From positions 16,201 to 80,200 of the forward strand of contig JAZLKF010000008.1 in assembly GCA_045597525.1 (NCBI GenBank): a stretch of DNA of 64,000 nucleotides. The letters are read 5' to 3'. Below are positions 8,936 to 19,857 of the stretch, piece by piece. The notes below the pieces were generated by a model, which made no database searches, was not told the origin of the DNA, and was given only the letters and a program-made list of their open reading frames with translations. Position 1 is the stretch's first letter. Every line of letters begins with the position of its first letter. The position numbers were made by a program, and so were the translations under genes. This DNA comes from Fibrobacter sp. (GTDB lineage: Bacteria; Fibrobacterota; Fibrobacteria; Fibrobacterales; Fibrobacteraceae).

Positions 8936-11900
8936 ATGAGGTTTGGACACCTAATCCGGAGCTTGGTATTGTGCCTGGCTCTATTTGGAGTTTTTACAAA
9001 TGCCCAAACTGTGGCAACCGCACATGTCGTTTACAACGGCAGTGGTCTTTTTTACGCAGACAACGAAGAGAATTTCAAGTTCCAACCTGCAAAACAGGAG
9101 CGTAACGGAACCTATACCATCAATTTTTCCGAAGAACGTTTAAAGCCTAGCGCTATCGAAGAGCGACGCCTGCGTTTTGGCCTTCAGTGCACCGAAGGTA
9201 AAAAGGATTGCAAAACCTACCTGTATTCAGACGAAACAACTCTTCCCACCCTGAAGGAGTTGTTCCCCGACTATGTCTATCAAGAAAAGGACCAGCCCGT
9301 TTATGAGGTATGGCTTTCTGTAGATGCAACCGGCGTTACCGTCCTGCCAGGCATTCCCGAAGAATACATAGTTCCCGATTCCGTAGAAAAAGTTGTTCGC
9401 TTGCTCCCCCCGTGGAGCAACACCTCCGCAATTATGCTTGTCGAGGGCAAAAAACACAAGATGGTTCCCGTAAGGTCCAATTACTGCGGATGGTTCGAAA
9501 CCACACTTAAGATTGTTCCCAAGGATGCTTACACATCCTTTACGCAAACCATTGGCGATACATACATCGGCGCCGACGGCATTTCCCACCAGCCCATTGC
9601 CATTGAAGACGAAATTTCCCTAGACTCCATTCTGAATGTTAATCCTAGCGCTGACACCATCTGGATCATGGCAAAACATGGGTATCCTGAAATCTACAAC
9701 ACCTTCCCAGAAGAACTTGGTGACTGCCCGGTCAAGAAATTGCCTGTGATGATGTTCGACTGGCTCCATGGCACAGAAGGAGATGGTATTGAGGGCAACG
9801 GAAATCCCAAATATGGCGTAAGCGCAGACTTCGGTTCTGGTGGCTGCAAAAACTCTAACACAAGCACCGCCATAAAAGGAATGGTTGAAAAAGAACTGGG
9901 GCCTAATGGAGTTCCTGTACGTGCCCAGGATTTTCCTTCCAATTGCAAGATTACAGAACATCTGGATTACTGGTTCACTCCCGAAGTCGTTGCCAAGGAT
10001 GCCGCAGGCAAGCAGTACACCAACGTCACTTGCCGCGACCTGACCCTTGAACTTGACAACGACGGATTCTGGCTTGGCCAGCGTGACAAGGACAGTCCTG
10101 AAAGAGGCTTATTCCTCTTGGATGACTTCATTTGGCTGGATTCTGCACACACCGTCAAGAATCCTTACTACGATGAGATAACAGGCGTCATCGACAACAA
10201 CGATACCATCGGCGTTCACAACTATGGTTTCTCCATGAAAGTCCAGGCCCAGTTCGAATATGTTCCCGGCCAGTATTTTGAGTTCTTCGGAGACGATGAC
10301 GTTTGGGTATTTATCAACAACAAGCTTGTGGTGGATATCGGTGCTCAGCACCACCAAGTAAGCGGCAAGGTAAAATTGGATACCATCGGTGAGAATACCG
10401 GAGACACCTTGGTTCCCGGTGCCACATATCCCTTCCACATTTTCTACGCAGAACGCCACAGTAGCGAATCCAACTTCAAGATGCGTACGTCTATCGATCT
10501 GCGTTCCGACGCCAGCATGCTCCTCAAGGACCTTTCCTCCTCGGAAACCCTCATTCAAAAGGAAGTCTGGCAGAAAGTTCGCGAACGCGCCCTGGCCTGC
10601 GACTTCTCCAGCAGCCCGGAAAACGAAAAGACGGAACGAGGCCCCTCCAACTTTATCTTGTACGGAAAAACCCTTCCCAAGGGTGGCGTGGCTCTGAAGA
10701 CTCTCGACTCCCTCTATTACAGGGGCATCAAGGTCCAGAACGGATTCACACTACTTGAAATTGATCTGGACGCAATCAACAAGGCTAGAGCCCTGCAGCC
10801 GGGAACCTACTACGTTCGCATTACCCTCAAGGATAATCCGGACGAGTACAAGGACGTCTACTTCACCATTGATCCTTACGAAATGCCAAATATCGCCTTT
10901 GCCTTCGTAAAGGACACCAGCTACAAGACCATTGATTTTGACACTCAAGACACCTTGTACATCACGGAATTCAGGAGACCCTGGGGAGACGAAGCCGCAA
11001 GGATTTTTGACGTTAGCAGTGATACTTTGCCACTCAATGCCATCAATAGCAAACGCCCCATCAATCTGGATACTCTTGACAAACTCTGGGCAGGCCGCTC
11101 CTACCCGGTCAGCATCATGTATGCTGAAGAGTGGGCCACCATCTATAACGATGTTGCAGTGAAACTCACAACCTCCACTCCATCTTTGATTCCTTGCGAC
11201 TCCATGGGCAACCCCATCAAAGAAGTTGTCCTGATGAACGGCCATGCAAAATTCTTCGTAAAGGCAGTAGACGAAGTTGTAAACGGAGTGTTGACCCTCA
11301 ACTGCGCAGGATCCACCAACAAGACCGCAAGTTGGACCAACATCAACTTTGTCGTTCCGCCGGTTCCACAGATTGAACTTGCAAACATCTACGACCGCGA
11401 TGGCGACGGCCGCGGTGACAGTATTTGGATTCACTTCAACAAGCCTCTAGGCGGACACACTCCCGAAAAAGAGCAAAGTGTCATTGACTCCTTAAAGTTC
11501 ATTTTCGGAACAGATTTTGACAAGCCCTACACTGCAGAATACAACAAAGGTGACAGTGTTGCAGTACTCTACACCAAGCCCGGCGAAAATTTCGGTTCCG
11601 CAATCTTTACCGGCGGCATCAACATGCCTTACACGGGCAAGATCACCATCTGGTATACCTACATGAATGAAAACGGAAAGCTGATGTACTTCCCGGTGGA
11701 AGGTGCCTTGAACGACAAGATCGGTCCCGTCATTGTTGCAGCAGAACTGGAATACAACAAGGATGGTAACGAGGTATTGAAGGTTGCATTCAGTGAAGCT
11801 GTCGTAGCTGTCAACGCATCCATCGACTTCTTCCGTTTCCATTGCTGGAATGCGGATATTCTAGACTCCGTAGTCACAGCTCCGTCTCAAATTACACCAA

Positions 11901-12877
11901 CCACGCCCAACAACTGGCAGATGGTATACCCCAAGACCGCAGAAACAGCTTTAATACCAATGGTTGGTGACTCAATCCGCTTTAGACCTCTGTCCCAGTT
12001 GGGCAACGCCGTTGACCTCATCAGTAACACCATCCACGAAGACAATCCTTTCGTACGCATTACCGGTGAGCAAAGAATTACCGTTTCCAGCCCTAGTATC
12101 ATTGAACTGAGCCCTGCATCCCCCGCCTTTGACAGCGCAGTGGCAATCGTCCGTAGCGAGCATGCAACTGTACCTAAGCTGGTCAATAGTGAAAAACCCC
12201 TCACCGTAAATCAGGTTTCTGAAATCTATGGCACCCAGGGTCACTACTTGAGCGACCTGGATATGGGCACGTTGGTGGAAAATGAAATTGCAGAAATCGT
12301 CATGGCAGTACAATCCACCCCCACGTACGTGGACAAGGATGCTGCGAATAGCGGTGCCGCTGCACCCACCTATACCATCGAACAAATCATCGACATGGTA
12401 ACAAATGGAGAGATGACCATTGATAAGGCCAAGAAGAAATTCAACTTGAGCGGCACTATCGTAGACGCCTACAAGAACAACTTGCTCACCGCAGAAAACG
12501 TACACAACTACTCTCGCGGTAACGAATCCGATGTTCGTGCTATTGTAGACTCCATGGCCAACAAAACAGAAATGTACTACAAATCCATTTACTACACCAG
12601 CCTAGGCCACTTCGTCAACGAGGACGCAGGTGTAATCCGCTGCGACGACGACATCTTCAAGACTGATGGCCAAAAGAACTGCCTGGGGAACAATGGTCGT
12701 TTCTACTTGGCTTGGAACATGCGTTCTTATGCAGGCAACCTGGCAGGTTCCGGCGTGTATATCGCTCGCCTACAGTTGAAAGTAAAAGTGAACAGCAAGG
12801 TAGTTACCGATAGAACCCGAGATTTCCTGTGGGGCGTTCGCCGTGGCAAGGTAAACGCAATAGATTTGGGTCTTTAA
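8936..12877 (+). CDS. giant secreted fibro-slime-domain protein (PA14-like fold)
   Basis: Signal peptide. Block FGDDDVWVFINNKLVVDIGAQHHQVSGKV...FHIFYAERHSSESNFKMRTSIDL is typical of the Fibrobacter fibro-slime domain. Confidence 0.75.
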   Translation: MRFGHLIRSLVLCLALFGVFTNAQTVATAHVVYNGSGLFYADNEENFKFQPAKQERNGTYTINFSEERLKPSAIEERRLRFGLQCTEGKKDCKTYLYSDETTLPTLKELFPDYVYQEKDQPVYEVWLSVDATGVTVLPGIPEEYIVPDSVEKVVRLLPPWSNTSAIMLVEGKKHKMVPVRSNYCGWFETTLKIVPKDAYTSFTQTIGDTYIGADGISHQPIAIEDEISLDSILNVNPSADTIWIMAKHGYPEIYNTFPEELGDCPVKKLPVMMFDWLHGTEGDGIEGNGNPKYGVSADFGSGGCKNSNTSTAIKGMVEKELGPNGVPVRAQDFPSNCKITEHLDYWFTPEVVAKDAAGKQYTNVTCRDLTLELDNDGFWLGQRDKDSPERGLFLLDDFIWLDSAHTVKNPYYDEITGVIDNNDTIGVHNYGFSMKVQAQFEYVPGQYFEFFGDDDVWVFINNKLVVDIGAQHHQVSGKVKLDTIGENTGDTLVPGATYPFHIFYAERHSSESNFKMRTSIDLRSDASMLLKDLSSSETLIQKEVWQKVRERALACDFSSSPENEKTERGPSNFILYGKTLPKGGVALKTLDSLYYRGIKVQNGFTLLEIDLDAINKARALQPGTYYVRITLKDNPDEYKDVYFTIDPYEMPNIAFAFVKDTSYKTIDFDTQDTLYITEFRRPWGDEAARIFDVSSDTLPLNAINSKRPINLDTLDKLWAGRSYPVSIMYAEEWATIYNDVAVKLTTSTPSLIPCDSMGNPIKEVVLMNGHAKFFVKAVDEVVNGVLTLNCAGSTNKTASWTNINFVVPPVPQIELANIYDRDGDGRGDSIWIHFNKPLGGHTPEKEQSVIDSLKFIFGTDFDKPYTAEYNKGDSVAVLYTKPGENFGSAIFTGGINMPYTGKITIWYTYMNENGKLMYFPVEGALNDKIGPVIVAAELEYNKDGNEVLKVAFSEAVVAVNASIDFFRFHCWNADILDSVVTAPSQITPTTPNNWQMVYPKTAETALIPMVGDSIRFRPLSQLGNAVDLISNTIHEDNPFVRITGEQRITVSSPSIIELSPASPAFDSAVAIVRSEHATVPKLVNSEKPLTVNQVSEIYGTQGHYLSDLDMGTLVENEIAEIVMAVQSTPTYVDKDAANSGAAAPTYTIEQIIDMVTNGEMTIDKAKKKFNLSGTIVDAYKNNLLTAENVHNYSRGNESDVRAIVDSMANKTEMYYKSIYYTSLGHFVNEDAGVIRCDDDIFKTDGQKNCLGNNGRFYLAWNMRSYAGNLAGSGVYIARLQLKVKVNSKVVTDRTRDFLWGVRRGKVNAIDLGL

Positions 12878-12900
12878 GAATCACCCCAAAATTTCAAATA

Positions 12901-12932
12901 AGCGCACTTCCGTAAGGAGGAGCGCTTTTTTA
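12901..12932 (+). terminator. rho-independent terminator
   Basis: AGCGCACTTCCgtaaGGAGGAGCGCT followed by T6. Confidence 0.6.
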
Positions 12933-13124
12933 GTTTATCTTCAAAGGCAAATACGCCTAAAAAATGGGACAAATTTTCCCAGAGTTTAGAATTATAGCGA
13001 AATAAGCCCTTTTTAAGGGTATTTTCAGAAACATTTTACAACTTGGAATAATCTAGTTATTGTGATTTTCATCATAATAAGGTATTTTATATAAGTAATA
13101 TATAATACATTGAGAGAGAACAGG

Positions 13125-16100
13125 ATGTGGTGTAAAAAGCTTTTGAAGGGCGCAGCCCTTTTTGTTGCATTTGGATTTTCCGCAGCATTGGCTCAAAGCT
13201 ATTCTTTGAGCATTAACTATAGTGGAGATGAGCTGTACTACAAAGTCGGCAACGGAGCCTGTACAAAGGCGACCGGTGCCAACGGCAAATTCACAGCCAC
13301 CTTTACCAACGTTCAGCAGAATGCCAACATTTCGTTATTTAGCCAGCAGGGTTGTACTACAGGACAACTCCAATCAGCTAAGGTTACAAATGTTTTCAAA
13401 AATGGGGCCACTACCGCTACCATTGAACTAAAGGCCCCTCCCGCCGGTGGTCAGCAGCCTGGTGAACAACCTGGTGGCGCCCCCACCGTCTCGTCTTCCT
13501 CGTCTAAGCCCGTAGCCAGCAGCTCCTCCAGAAACAATGGCGGATGGGGCGGAGGCAATATTGGCGGCGGAGCAGCCAAACCCACAGGCAAGACTGTCAT
13601 CCGTTTCCTTACTCCCTGGACAAACACTTCCGCAGTCCTTTTCGTAGACGGTAACGAAACCGCAACCATGACCAAGGTCAAGAATTACTGCGGTTGGTTC
13701 GAAGCTTCTCTCAATCCGCCTACAACAGGTTTCAATGTCCACTTCAAACAGACAATCGGCTTGAACTATGTTGGCGCCGAAGGCATGGTCCAGAAGGAGC
13801 CCACCAGCGCCACAGAAATCAGCCTTGACTCCATTGCAGCCCTCACTGACACCATCTGGATTCAGGGCTACAAGAATGACGTTCCCGCAATCTTCGCCAA
13901 GTACCCAGGCGTTCTAGGCGAATGCCCCCTCAAGAAGTTCCCTGTAACAGTATTCGACTGGCTCCATGGAGACAAGGGTGACGGCGCTAACGGAAACGGC
14001 GCCTCTACCAACGGCGTAAGCGCAGACTTCGGTTCCGGCGGATGCTCTGCCAGCCCCATGAAGGGAATGGTGAAACCTCAGCTGGGTTCCAACGGCGTCC
14101 CTGTTCCCGCTGATCCCTTCCCCACAAACTGCAAGCTTACAGATCATCTCGCCAACTGGTTCCTGCCCGAAGTCATTGCCAAGAAGAACGGTGTTGAATA
14201 CACCAACATGACCTGCCGCGACCTCTATATTTCCATGGATAACGAAGGCTTCTGGCTTGCCGAAGTTTCCTCCAACAAAATTTCTGAAGGTAACGAAAAG
14301 AACAAGGGTGGAATGTTCCTTGTAGACGATTTTGAATATCTGGACGAAGCACAGACTATCAAGAACCCCTACTACGACCACTTGAATGGCAGCGGCGGAT
14401 ACCACAACTTCGGTTTCGCCGTGAAGATCCAGGCAACTTTTGAATACATTCCCGGTCAGTACTTTGACTTCTACGGTGACGACGACGTATGGGTATTTAT
14501 CGACAACCGCCTTGCGGTGGATATCGGCGGCCAGCACGGCCAGGTAGCGGGCGCAGTTGATCTAGATACTATGGGCTTGAAGGTAGGCGAAACCTACAAC
14601 TTCCATATCTTCTACGTAGAACGCCATGTAAGTTCCTCCAACTTCCGTATGCGCACCTCCATTGACTTGCAGGTAGATGCATCTATCTTCGTCACCTCCG
14701 ACAAGAAGGGAACTGCAACCAACTACGACATTTGGCAAATCAACAAAAAGAATAAACTCTCCTGCGGTTACGACCCCAACAACACCGAAGTGGATACTAC
14801 TGGCGGTGCCTCTACATTCCGTCTCACTGGCGGAAGCTTGGACGAACCGATGATCCTGAGCGTGGGCAAGCATTTTGAAGGCGGCATCATTATCACCAGC
14901 GATTCCACCTTCTCCATTGACTCCGCACTTATTGTAGATAACAAAGTGTTGGCCCCGGGTCACTACTTCTTGGAAATCGCGCTGAAATCCGATCCTAGCC
15001 AGACCACCATCATCGAAATCGTCATTCCATCTTACCCGTTGCCCAGCGTGGCTTTCGCAGACGAAAGCTGGAAAATTCTCGGCAAGGAAGTAACAGGCAA
15101 CAAGGCAACCATCGGTAGCTGGGCCTACGAAGTCTATCCGGTGAACATCACCTTCTTTAGAGAAAATGACAAGGACAAGATTGAGGTCAACAAGTATAAC
15201 CAGACAATCAACCTCAGCACTTCCAGCCCCCTCATCGACATTGTGGACAAGGATGGCAATGCCATTTCCAAGGTGAACATGACCATGGTCAATGGTGAAG
15301 CCCGCGCCACCTTCTACATCCGCGCCAATGGATACATTCCCAGCGCCACCATCATCGCCAAGGGCACGGCCGCAGCACCTTCCTACTGGAAGGAACTGGT
15401 CTTCGAAGAACCGCCGGTACCCCGTGTTGAAGTGGCCACCCTCTACGACAGAAACGGCGATGGACGAGGCGACAGACTTTACGTTAAGTTCAATAAGAGC
15501 CTGAAGGGCGACAGCAAACTTGACTCCCTGCAGCTCACTTTCGGCGAGACCTTCGCTGTAGTAAACAGCAAGAACATCAAGATTATCTCCGACACAGAAA
15601 TCGAGGTTGTCTCCGCCGCTAGCTGCGATTCAGGTTCCGTATGCGGTTTCGGCACCCGCCAGTTTACCGGCGGCGAATCCTCTATCTACACCGGCAATAT
15701 GTCCACCTGGTTCACTTATACCGAAAGTGGTAAGAATCACAACCTGAAGATCACCAACGAACCTGTAGACGACGGCATGGGCCCCATCATTGTCAAGGCA
15801 ACCAAGGAATCCATGAGAGACGGTAACCGCAAGCTGACAATAACCTTCAGTGAAGCGATTTCCGACGAAAGTCGACAGAACCTCTTCCAGACGATGTTCG
15901 AGTACATTTGCTATCGCTCTGGCGAACAAAAGCAACCCGAAGCCCCTGTACGTCAAGGTGGCAGCGGCAAGACCATCACCATGGTGTTCAGCCCTTCGAC
16001 CCTCGATGCAGTCTTCCCCACTGATGGAGACCAAGTCCGCTTTGTTCCCGGTGAGAACATGGCAGAAGATCTTTTGGGCAACGTACCTCACAAGTACAAT

Positions 16101-17090
16101 CCCTGGGTTATCATTATCGGTGACCAGGAACTGACAAACCAAAGTCCGGGACTTATCGATATTGGCGAGGACCCCTATGGCATCATCGCCAAGAAGGATG
16201 AAACAACTCAACCCTTCTTGATTACCGACACCAAGAAAGACGCCCAGATGGTTGGTAACGATATGGGTGTACAAGGAAACCTGGTAGACTTCGACATTTC
16301 TAAAATCATGGCAGAACAGACCATGAAGGACATTGAAAAGCTGGACAATTACGTTGCAAAGCTCACCGGTGCCTCCAAGGCTGATACCACTTACGAATAC
16401 ACTCAGAAATCAGCAGAAGAAGTCACACAGGAACTCTTCGCAGATATCATGACAGGAGAATTCTCCGCAGGTCTTGATGAAACCACCATCGAAAAGATCA
16501 GAAACGGAGAAATCACCAAGGACAACTACAAGAAGCAAATCAAGAATGAAGAGCTAGAAACCATAGAAGAACTGATTAAGGTTGGTGTGGAAAACAGCAA
16601 GGACTCTACGCCAATCCCCCCCTCGGCTCTCATTACCGGCTATGATGACATCTTCGAAAAAATCGCCAGCGGTGAAATCAAGGAAGCCGACCTGAAGAAG
16701 GCTGGAGTCAGCGAAGAACTGATCCAGGCAATCCGAGACGGTGTGTTGACCTCCACTAACATCGACAACTACCGCAGCGGTAGCGAATCCCTGGTAGGCG
16801 AGAACTCCGTGGTTATGCACTACCGCACCCTGTACTACGACCACCTAGGCAACTACGTTGGCGGCCACTCCGACAAGATCAGCTGCTCCGACAACGTCTA
16901 TGGTGCAGAAGGCTGTCTCAACAACAAGGGTAAGTTGTTCCTGGCCTGGAACATGCGCGACGACAAGGGCCGACTGGTAGGCACCGGCGCCTACATCGCA
17001 CGTCTTGAAGTCAAGGTCAAAGTCAACGGCAAGACCGTCCTGGAACAGACTCGCGACAAGCTCTGGGGCGTACGCCGCGGCAAAAACTAG
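13125..17090 (+). CDS. giant secreted fibro-slime-domain protein, tandem paralog of 8936-12877
   Basis: ATG at 13125 (MWCKKLLKGAALFVAFGFSAALA). Same fibro-slime block (YGDDDVWVFIDNRLAVDIGGQHGQVAG). Conserved C-terminus LAWNMR...GAYIARLEVKVKVNGK...LWGVRRGK. Confidence 0.75.
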   Translation: MWCKKLLKGAALFVAFGFSAALAQSYSLSINYSGDELYYKVGNGACTKATGANGKFTATFTNVQQNANISLFSQQGCTTGQLQSAKVTNVFKNGATTATIELKAPPAGGQQPGEQPGGAPTVSSSSSKPVASSSSRNNGGWGGGNIGGGAAKPTGKTVIRFLTPWTNTSAVLFVDGNETATMTKVKNYCGWFEASLNPPTTGFNVHFKQTIGLNYVGAEGMVQKEPTSATEISLDSIAALTDTIWIQGYKNDVPAIFAKYPGVLGECPLKKFPVTVFDWLHGDKGDGANGNGASTNGVSADFGSGGCSASPMKGMVKPQLGSNGVPVPADPFPTNCKLTDHLANWFLPEVIAKKNGVEYTNMTCRDLYISMDNEGFWLAEVSSNKISEGNEKNKGGMFLVDDFEYLDEAQTIKNPYYDHLNGSGGYHNFGFAVKIQATFEYIPGQYFDFYGDDDVWVFIDNRLAVDIGGQHGQVAGAVDLDTMGLKVGETYNFHIFYVERHVSSSNFRMRTSIDLQVDASIFVTSDKKGTATNYDIWQINKKNKLSCGYDPNNTEVDTTGGASTFRLTGGSLDEPMILSVGKHFEGGIIITSDSTFSIDSALIVDNKVLAPGHYFLEIALKSDPSQTTIIEIVIPSYPLPSVAFADESWKILGKEVTGNKATIGSWAYEVYPVNITFFRENDKDKIEVNKYNQTINLSTSSPLIDIVDKDGNAISKVNMTMVNGEARATFYIRANGYIPSATIIAKGTAAAPSYWKELVFEEPPVPRVEVATLYDRNGDGRGDRLYVKFNKSLKGDSKLDSLQLTFGETFAVVNSKNIKIISDTEIEVVSAASCDSGSVCGFGTRQFTGGESSIYTGNMSTWFTYTESGKNHNLKITNEPVDDGMGPIIVKATKESMRDGNRKLTITFSEAISDESRQNLFQTMFEYICYRSGEQKQPEAPVRQGGSGKTITMVFSPSTLDAVFPTDGDQVRFVPGENMAEDLLGNVPHKYNPWVIIIGDQELTNQSPGLIDIGEDPYGIIAKKDETTQPFLITDTKKDAQMVGNDMGVQGNLVDFDISKIMAEQTMKDIEKLDNYVAKLTGASKADTTYEYTQKSAEEVTQELFADIMTGEFSAGLDETTIEKIRNGEITKDNYKKQIKNEELETIEELIKVGVENSKDSTPIPPSALITGYDDIFEKIASGEIKEADLKKAGVSEELIQAIRDGVLTSTNIDNYRSGSESLVGENSVVMHYRTLYYDHLGNYVGGHSDKISCSDNVYGAEGCLNNKGKLFLAWNMRDDKGRLVGTGAYIARLEVKVKVNGKTVLEQTRDKLWGVRRGKN

Positions 17091-17120
17091 CCTGCAACCG
17101 GCAGCAAAATTCATCGTAAG

Positions 17121-17150
17121 AAACCTCCCTTTGCAGGGAGGTTTTTCTTT
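17121..17150 (+). terminator. rho-independent terminator
   Basis: aaaCCTCCCTttgcAGGGAGGtttttctttt. Confidence 0.7.
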
Positions 17151-17167
17151 TGTACCAATAGTCAAAA

Positions 17168-17205
17168 TTCAAAAAAGAACCCCGCCGAATTGGCGAGGTT
17201 CTTTT
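17168..17205 (-). terminator. rho-independent terminator for rng (minus strand)
   Basis: Hairpin AGAACCtCGCCaattcGGCGgGGTTCT on the minus strand, followed by a T-run. Confidence 0.6.
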
Positions 17206-17230
17206 CAAGTCCAGCGGCTTCAGCAAGGAA

Positions 17231-18766
17231 TTAAACGAAGTTGTACAAGTCAGTAATATCTTCGTTGTTCTTGTCGTACATCCAGAACTGGTTCACGTGG
17301 GCATGTTCATCTTCCACCAGGTTGATGGTCATGCTGTGCTTGTGTTCCAGGTAATTGAACATACGGTTGTGGTCCTTGCAGAATACATCGACCACATAGG
17401 GGCTCACCACGAGAGTGACTTCGCGGAGCTTACCCTTGGCCTTGGCGCGAGCCATCCAGCGGTCAATCATACCGAGAGTGCTTTCCAGAGTTGCAATGCG
17501 GCCACCGCCACAGCAAACCGGGCAGACAGCAGTCTTTTCGGTCATGAGGTTCACGCGGACGCGCTTACGGGTCACTTCCATGAGGCCGAACTGGCTAATG
17601 GGAGCCGGCGTAATGGGGGCCTTGTCACGGCGGATTGCCTTGCGGAATTCCTGGTAGACAGTTTCATTGTCGGCTTCAGTTTCCATGTCAATGAAGTCGA
17701 TGATGATAAGACCGCCCACGTCACGGAGACGCAACTGCTTTGCGATTTCGTGGCAAGCGTCGATGTTGGTTTCCAGAATGATCTTGGCCTGGTCCTTGCC
17801 ATGAACCTTGGGACCGGTATTCACGTCGATAGAGACGAGAGCTTCGGTCTGTTCAATGACCAGGTTACCGCCGCGGGGCAGCGGAACGGTACGCTGCAAG
17901 GAGCGAGCGTAGTCGTTTTCAATCTTGAAGTATTCGAACAAGCTTTCGTTGGAACTCCACAGCTTAACCTTGTCCAGCTTGTCCGGAGACAGAACCTTCA
18001 GGTATTCGCGGAGTGCGAAGTATTCGTCGCGATTGTCGATATACACGTAGTCGGTGTTATCGCTGAAGTATTCGCGGACAGTCTGTTCGATGGAATCGGA
18101 TTCTTCGTAGATGCAGGTTTCGGCAGGCTGGTTCTCGAAGTTGTACTTCGTCTGTTCCCACTTGCTTTCCAGTTCACGCATCTGCTTGTTGATTTCGAAC
18201 TCAGATTCGTTCAAACCATTGGTGCGCACGATATAGCCCACGTCGCGACCCTTCAGGCGCTTTACCACCTTCTTGAATTCACGACGCTTGGCCGGATCAC
18301 GTTCACGCTTGGACACGCCAACAAAGTTGGTACCCGGCATGCAGACCAAGAAACGGCCAGCAAAGCTTAGGTGTGTGGTCAAACGGGCACCCTTGGTGCT
18401 AATAGGTTCCTTAACCACCTGGACCATGATTTCCTGGCCCTCGTGGAGGATTTCATCAATCGAGATCTCCTTGGAGGCACCGCCCTCGTCATCATCGTCG
18501 CCGTATTCGCGACGAAGCAACTCGTTGCGATCCATAGCGTCTTCCTGATGGAGGAAGCCGGCCTTCTCCAAGCCGATGTCGATGAACGCAGCCTTCAGTG
18601 CCGGAAGCACCTTCTGGACCACGCCCTTGTAAATATTGCCCAGAACTCGATTAGAAGAAACACCTTCAACAACCAATTCAACGAGTTCACCATCTTCCAT
18701 GATGGCGATTCGCTTTTCGTACGGTGTCTTACTAATCAAAATTCCGCGCTTACTCTTATTTGCCAT
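17231..18766 (-). CDS. rng: ribonuclease G/E family endoribonuclease
   Basis: S1 domain NIYKGVVQKVLPALKAAFIDIG. Catalytic-core motif SIDVNTG. Zn-link-like CPVCCGGG. aggag RBS. Confidence 0.85.
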   Translation of the reverse strand: MANKSKRGILISKTPYEKRIAIMEDGELVELVVEGVSSNRVLGNIYKGVVQKVLPALKAAFIDIGLEKAGFLHQEDAMDRNELLRREYGDDDDEGGASKEISIDEILHEGQEIMVQVVKEPISTKGARLTTHLSFAGRFLVCMPGTNFVGVSKRERDPAKRREFKKVVKRLKGRDVGYIVRTNGLNESEFEINKQMRELESKWEQTKYNFENQPAETCIYEESDSIEQTVREYFSDNTDYVYIDNRDEYFALREYLKVLSPDKLDKVKLWSSNESLFEYFKIENDYARSLQRTVPLPRGGNLVIEQTEALVSIDVNTGPKVHGKDQAKIILETNIDACHEIAKQLRLRDVGGLIIIDFIDMETEADNETVYQEFRKAIRRDKAPITPAPISQFGLMEVTRKRVRVNLMTEKTAVCPVCCGGGRIATLESTLGMIDRWMARAKAKGKLREVTLVVSPYVVDVFCKDHNRMFNYLEHKHSMTINLVEDEHAHVNQFWMYDKNNEDITDLYNFV

Positions 18767-19124
18767 TAAAACTCCTAAAAGTCGACAAAAAGCATGTTAG
18801 ACACGATAATTGATTTGGCCCCAAGACCGATCCAAAAGTATGGACCCTGTCCGAGCCGCAAGCGCTTCTTGACGGAAAGTACCGCCCGCCCACAACCTGA
18901 GACCTGGGGACTATAAATATATAATATGATTTTTATACGGGGGAAGCCTCCCCCTCGCTCAAGCCCTTTTTAAGGTCTTTTGCTACCCCCTCTGCGGGGG
19001 CACGCCCCCGCAACGCCCCCAACCGTTGACAAATTGTACAACATATTTTTCAGCCAGCGCATCAAAAAAGTTTCGCCAAAATCTATATTCTTCCCGTAAG
19101 GAATTTGGGAAACCAGGAGGCTCT

Positions 19125-19637
19125 ATGTCCATCAGGAAACATTGGGGAAAAATCACCTTGAGTATCGCCGCCAGCTTCTGGGCCGGCTGTAACGAAACCA
19201 CCGAGCCGGAATACATCCAGGGCGGAGAAAACAACTGCACAGATGAGCAGAACTCCGGTTGTGGAAACGCCATCGCCCTCTACGGCGTCGCCCCCACTTA
19301 TGACATCAGCTCCAGCAGCATAACCGGTGACTGCGAATCCTCTTCCAGCATCAATAGCGAATATCCCTACGTGCTCTATTCCGATCCCTCGGTACACTGC
19401 AAGGACAGCACCGTATACGTTCCGTCTCCATGCAAAAACGCCTCCAAAAGCTACGCATCCACTGATGAATACGCCCCTCTGTACGGCATCGTTCCCGTAG
19501 TCTGCTCCACACCGAGCCGTTACGATCCCATTTTCAAATGCGACAACGGCGATTCCCTTTCCACATACAGTTACAAGGAAAAGGACGGCATCATCTACAC
19601 CAACAAAGAGTACGATGAACTATTCGGCTCCAACTAA
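19125..19637 (+). CDS. Cys-rich lipoprotein, function unknown
   Basis: ATG at 19125 after aggagg. MSIRKHWGKITLSIAASFWAGC lipobox. Confidence 0.5.
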   Translation: MSIRKHWGKITLSIAASFWAGCNETTEPEYIQGGENNCTDEQNSGCGNAIALYGVAPTYDISSSSITGDCESSSSINSEYPYVLYSDPSVHCKDSTVYVPSPCKNASKSYASTDEYAPLYGIVPVVCSTPSRYDPIFKCDNGDSLSTYSYKEKDGIIYTNKEYDELFGSN

Positions 19638-19857
19638 GCCAATAATTTAGTAGATTGCCCTGCATGGCCCTGCTCCTCACCATCATTTTCTTCGCCTGGT
19701 TTATCAGCAATATTGTCCGCGGCAACATTTCTCACCAGGGCAGCGAATACCATTTCAGGGAACACCCGGTACAGTTCATCATCATCCAGATATTCATCCT
19801 TGGATTTGGACTATTCTGCCTGAACCGTTTCTTGAACGAAATGGGAATCTACTTGAT

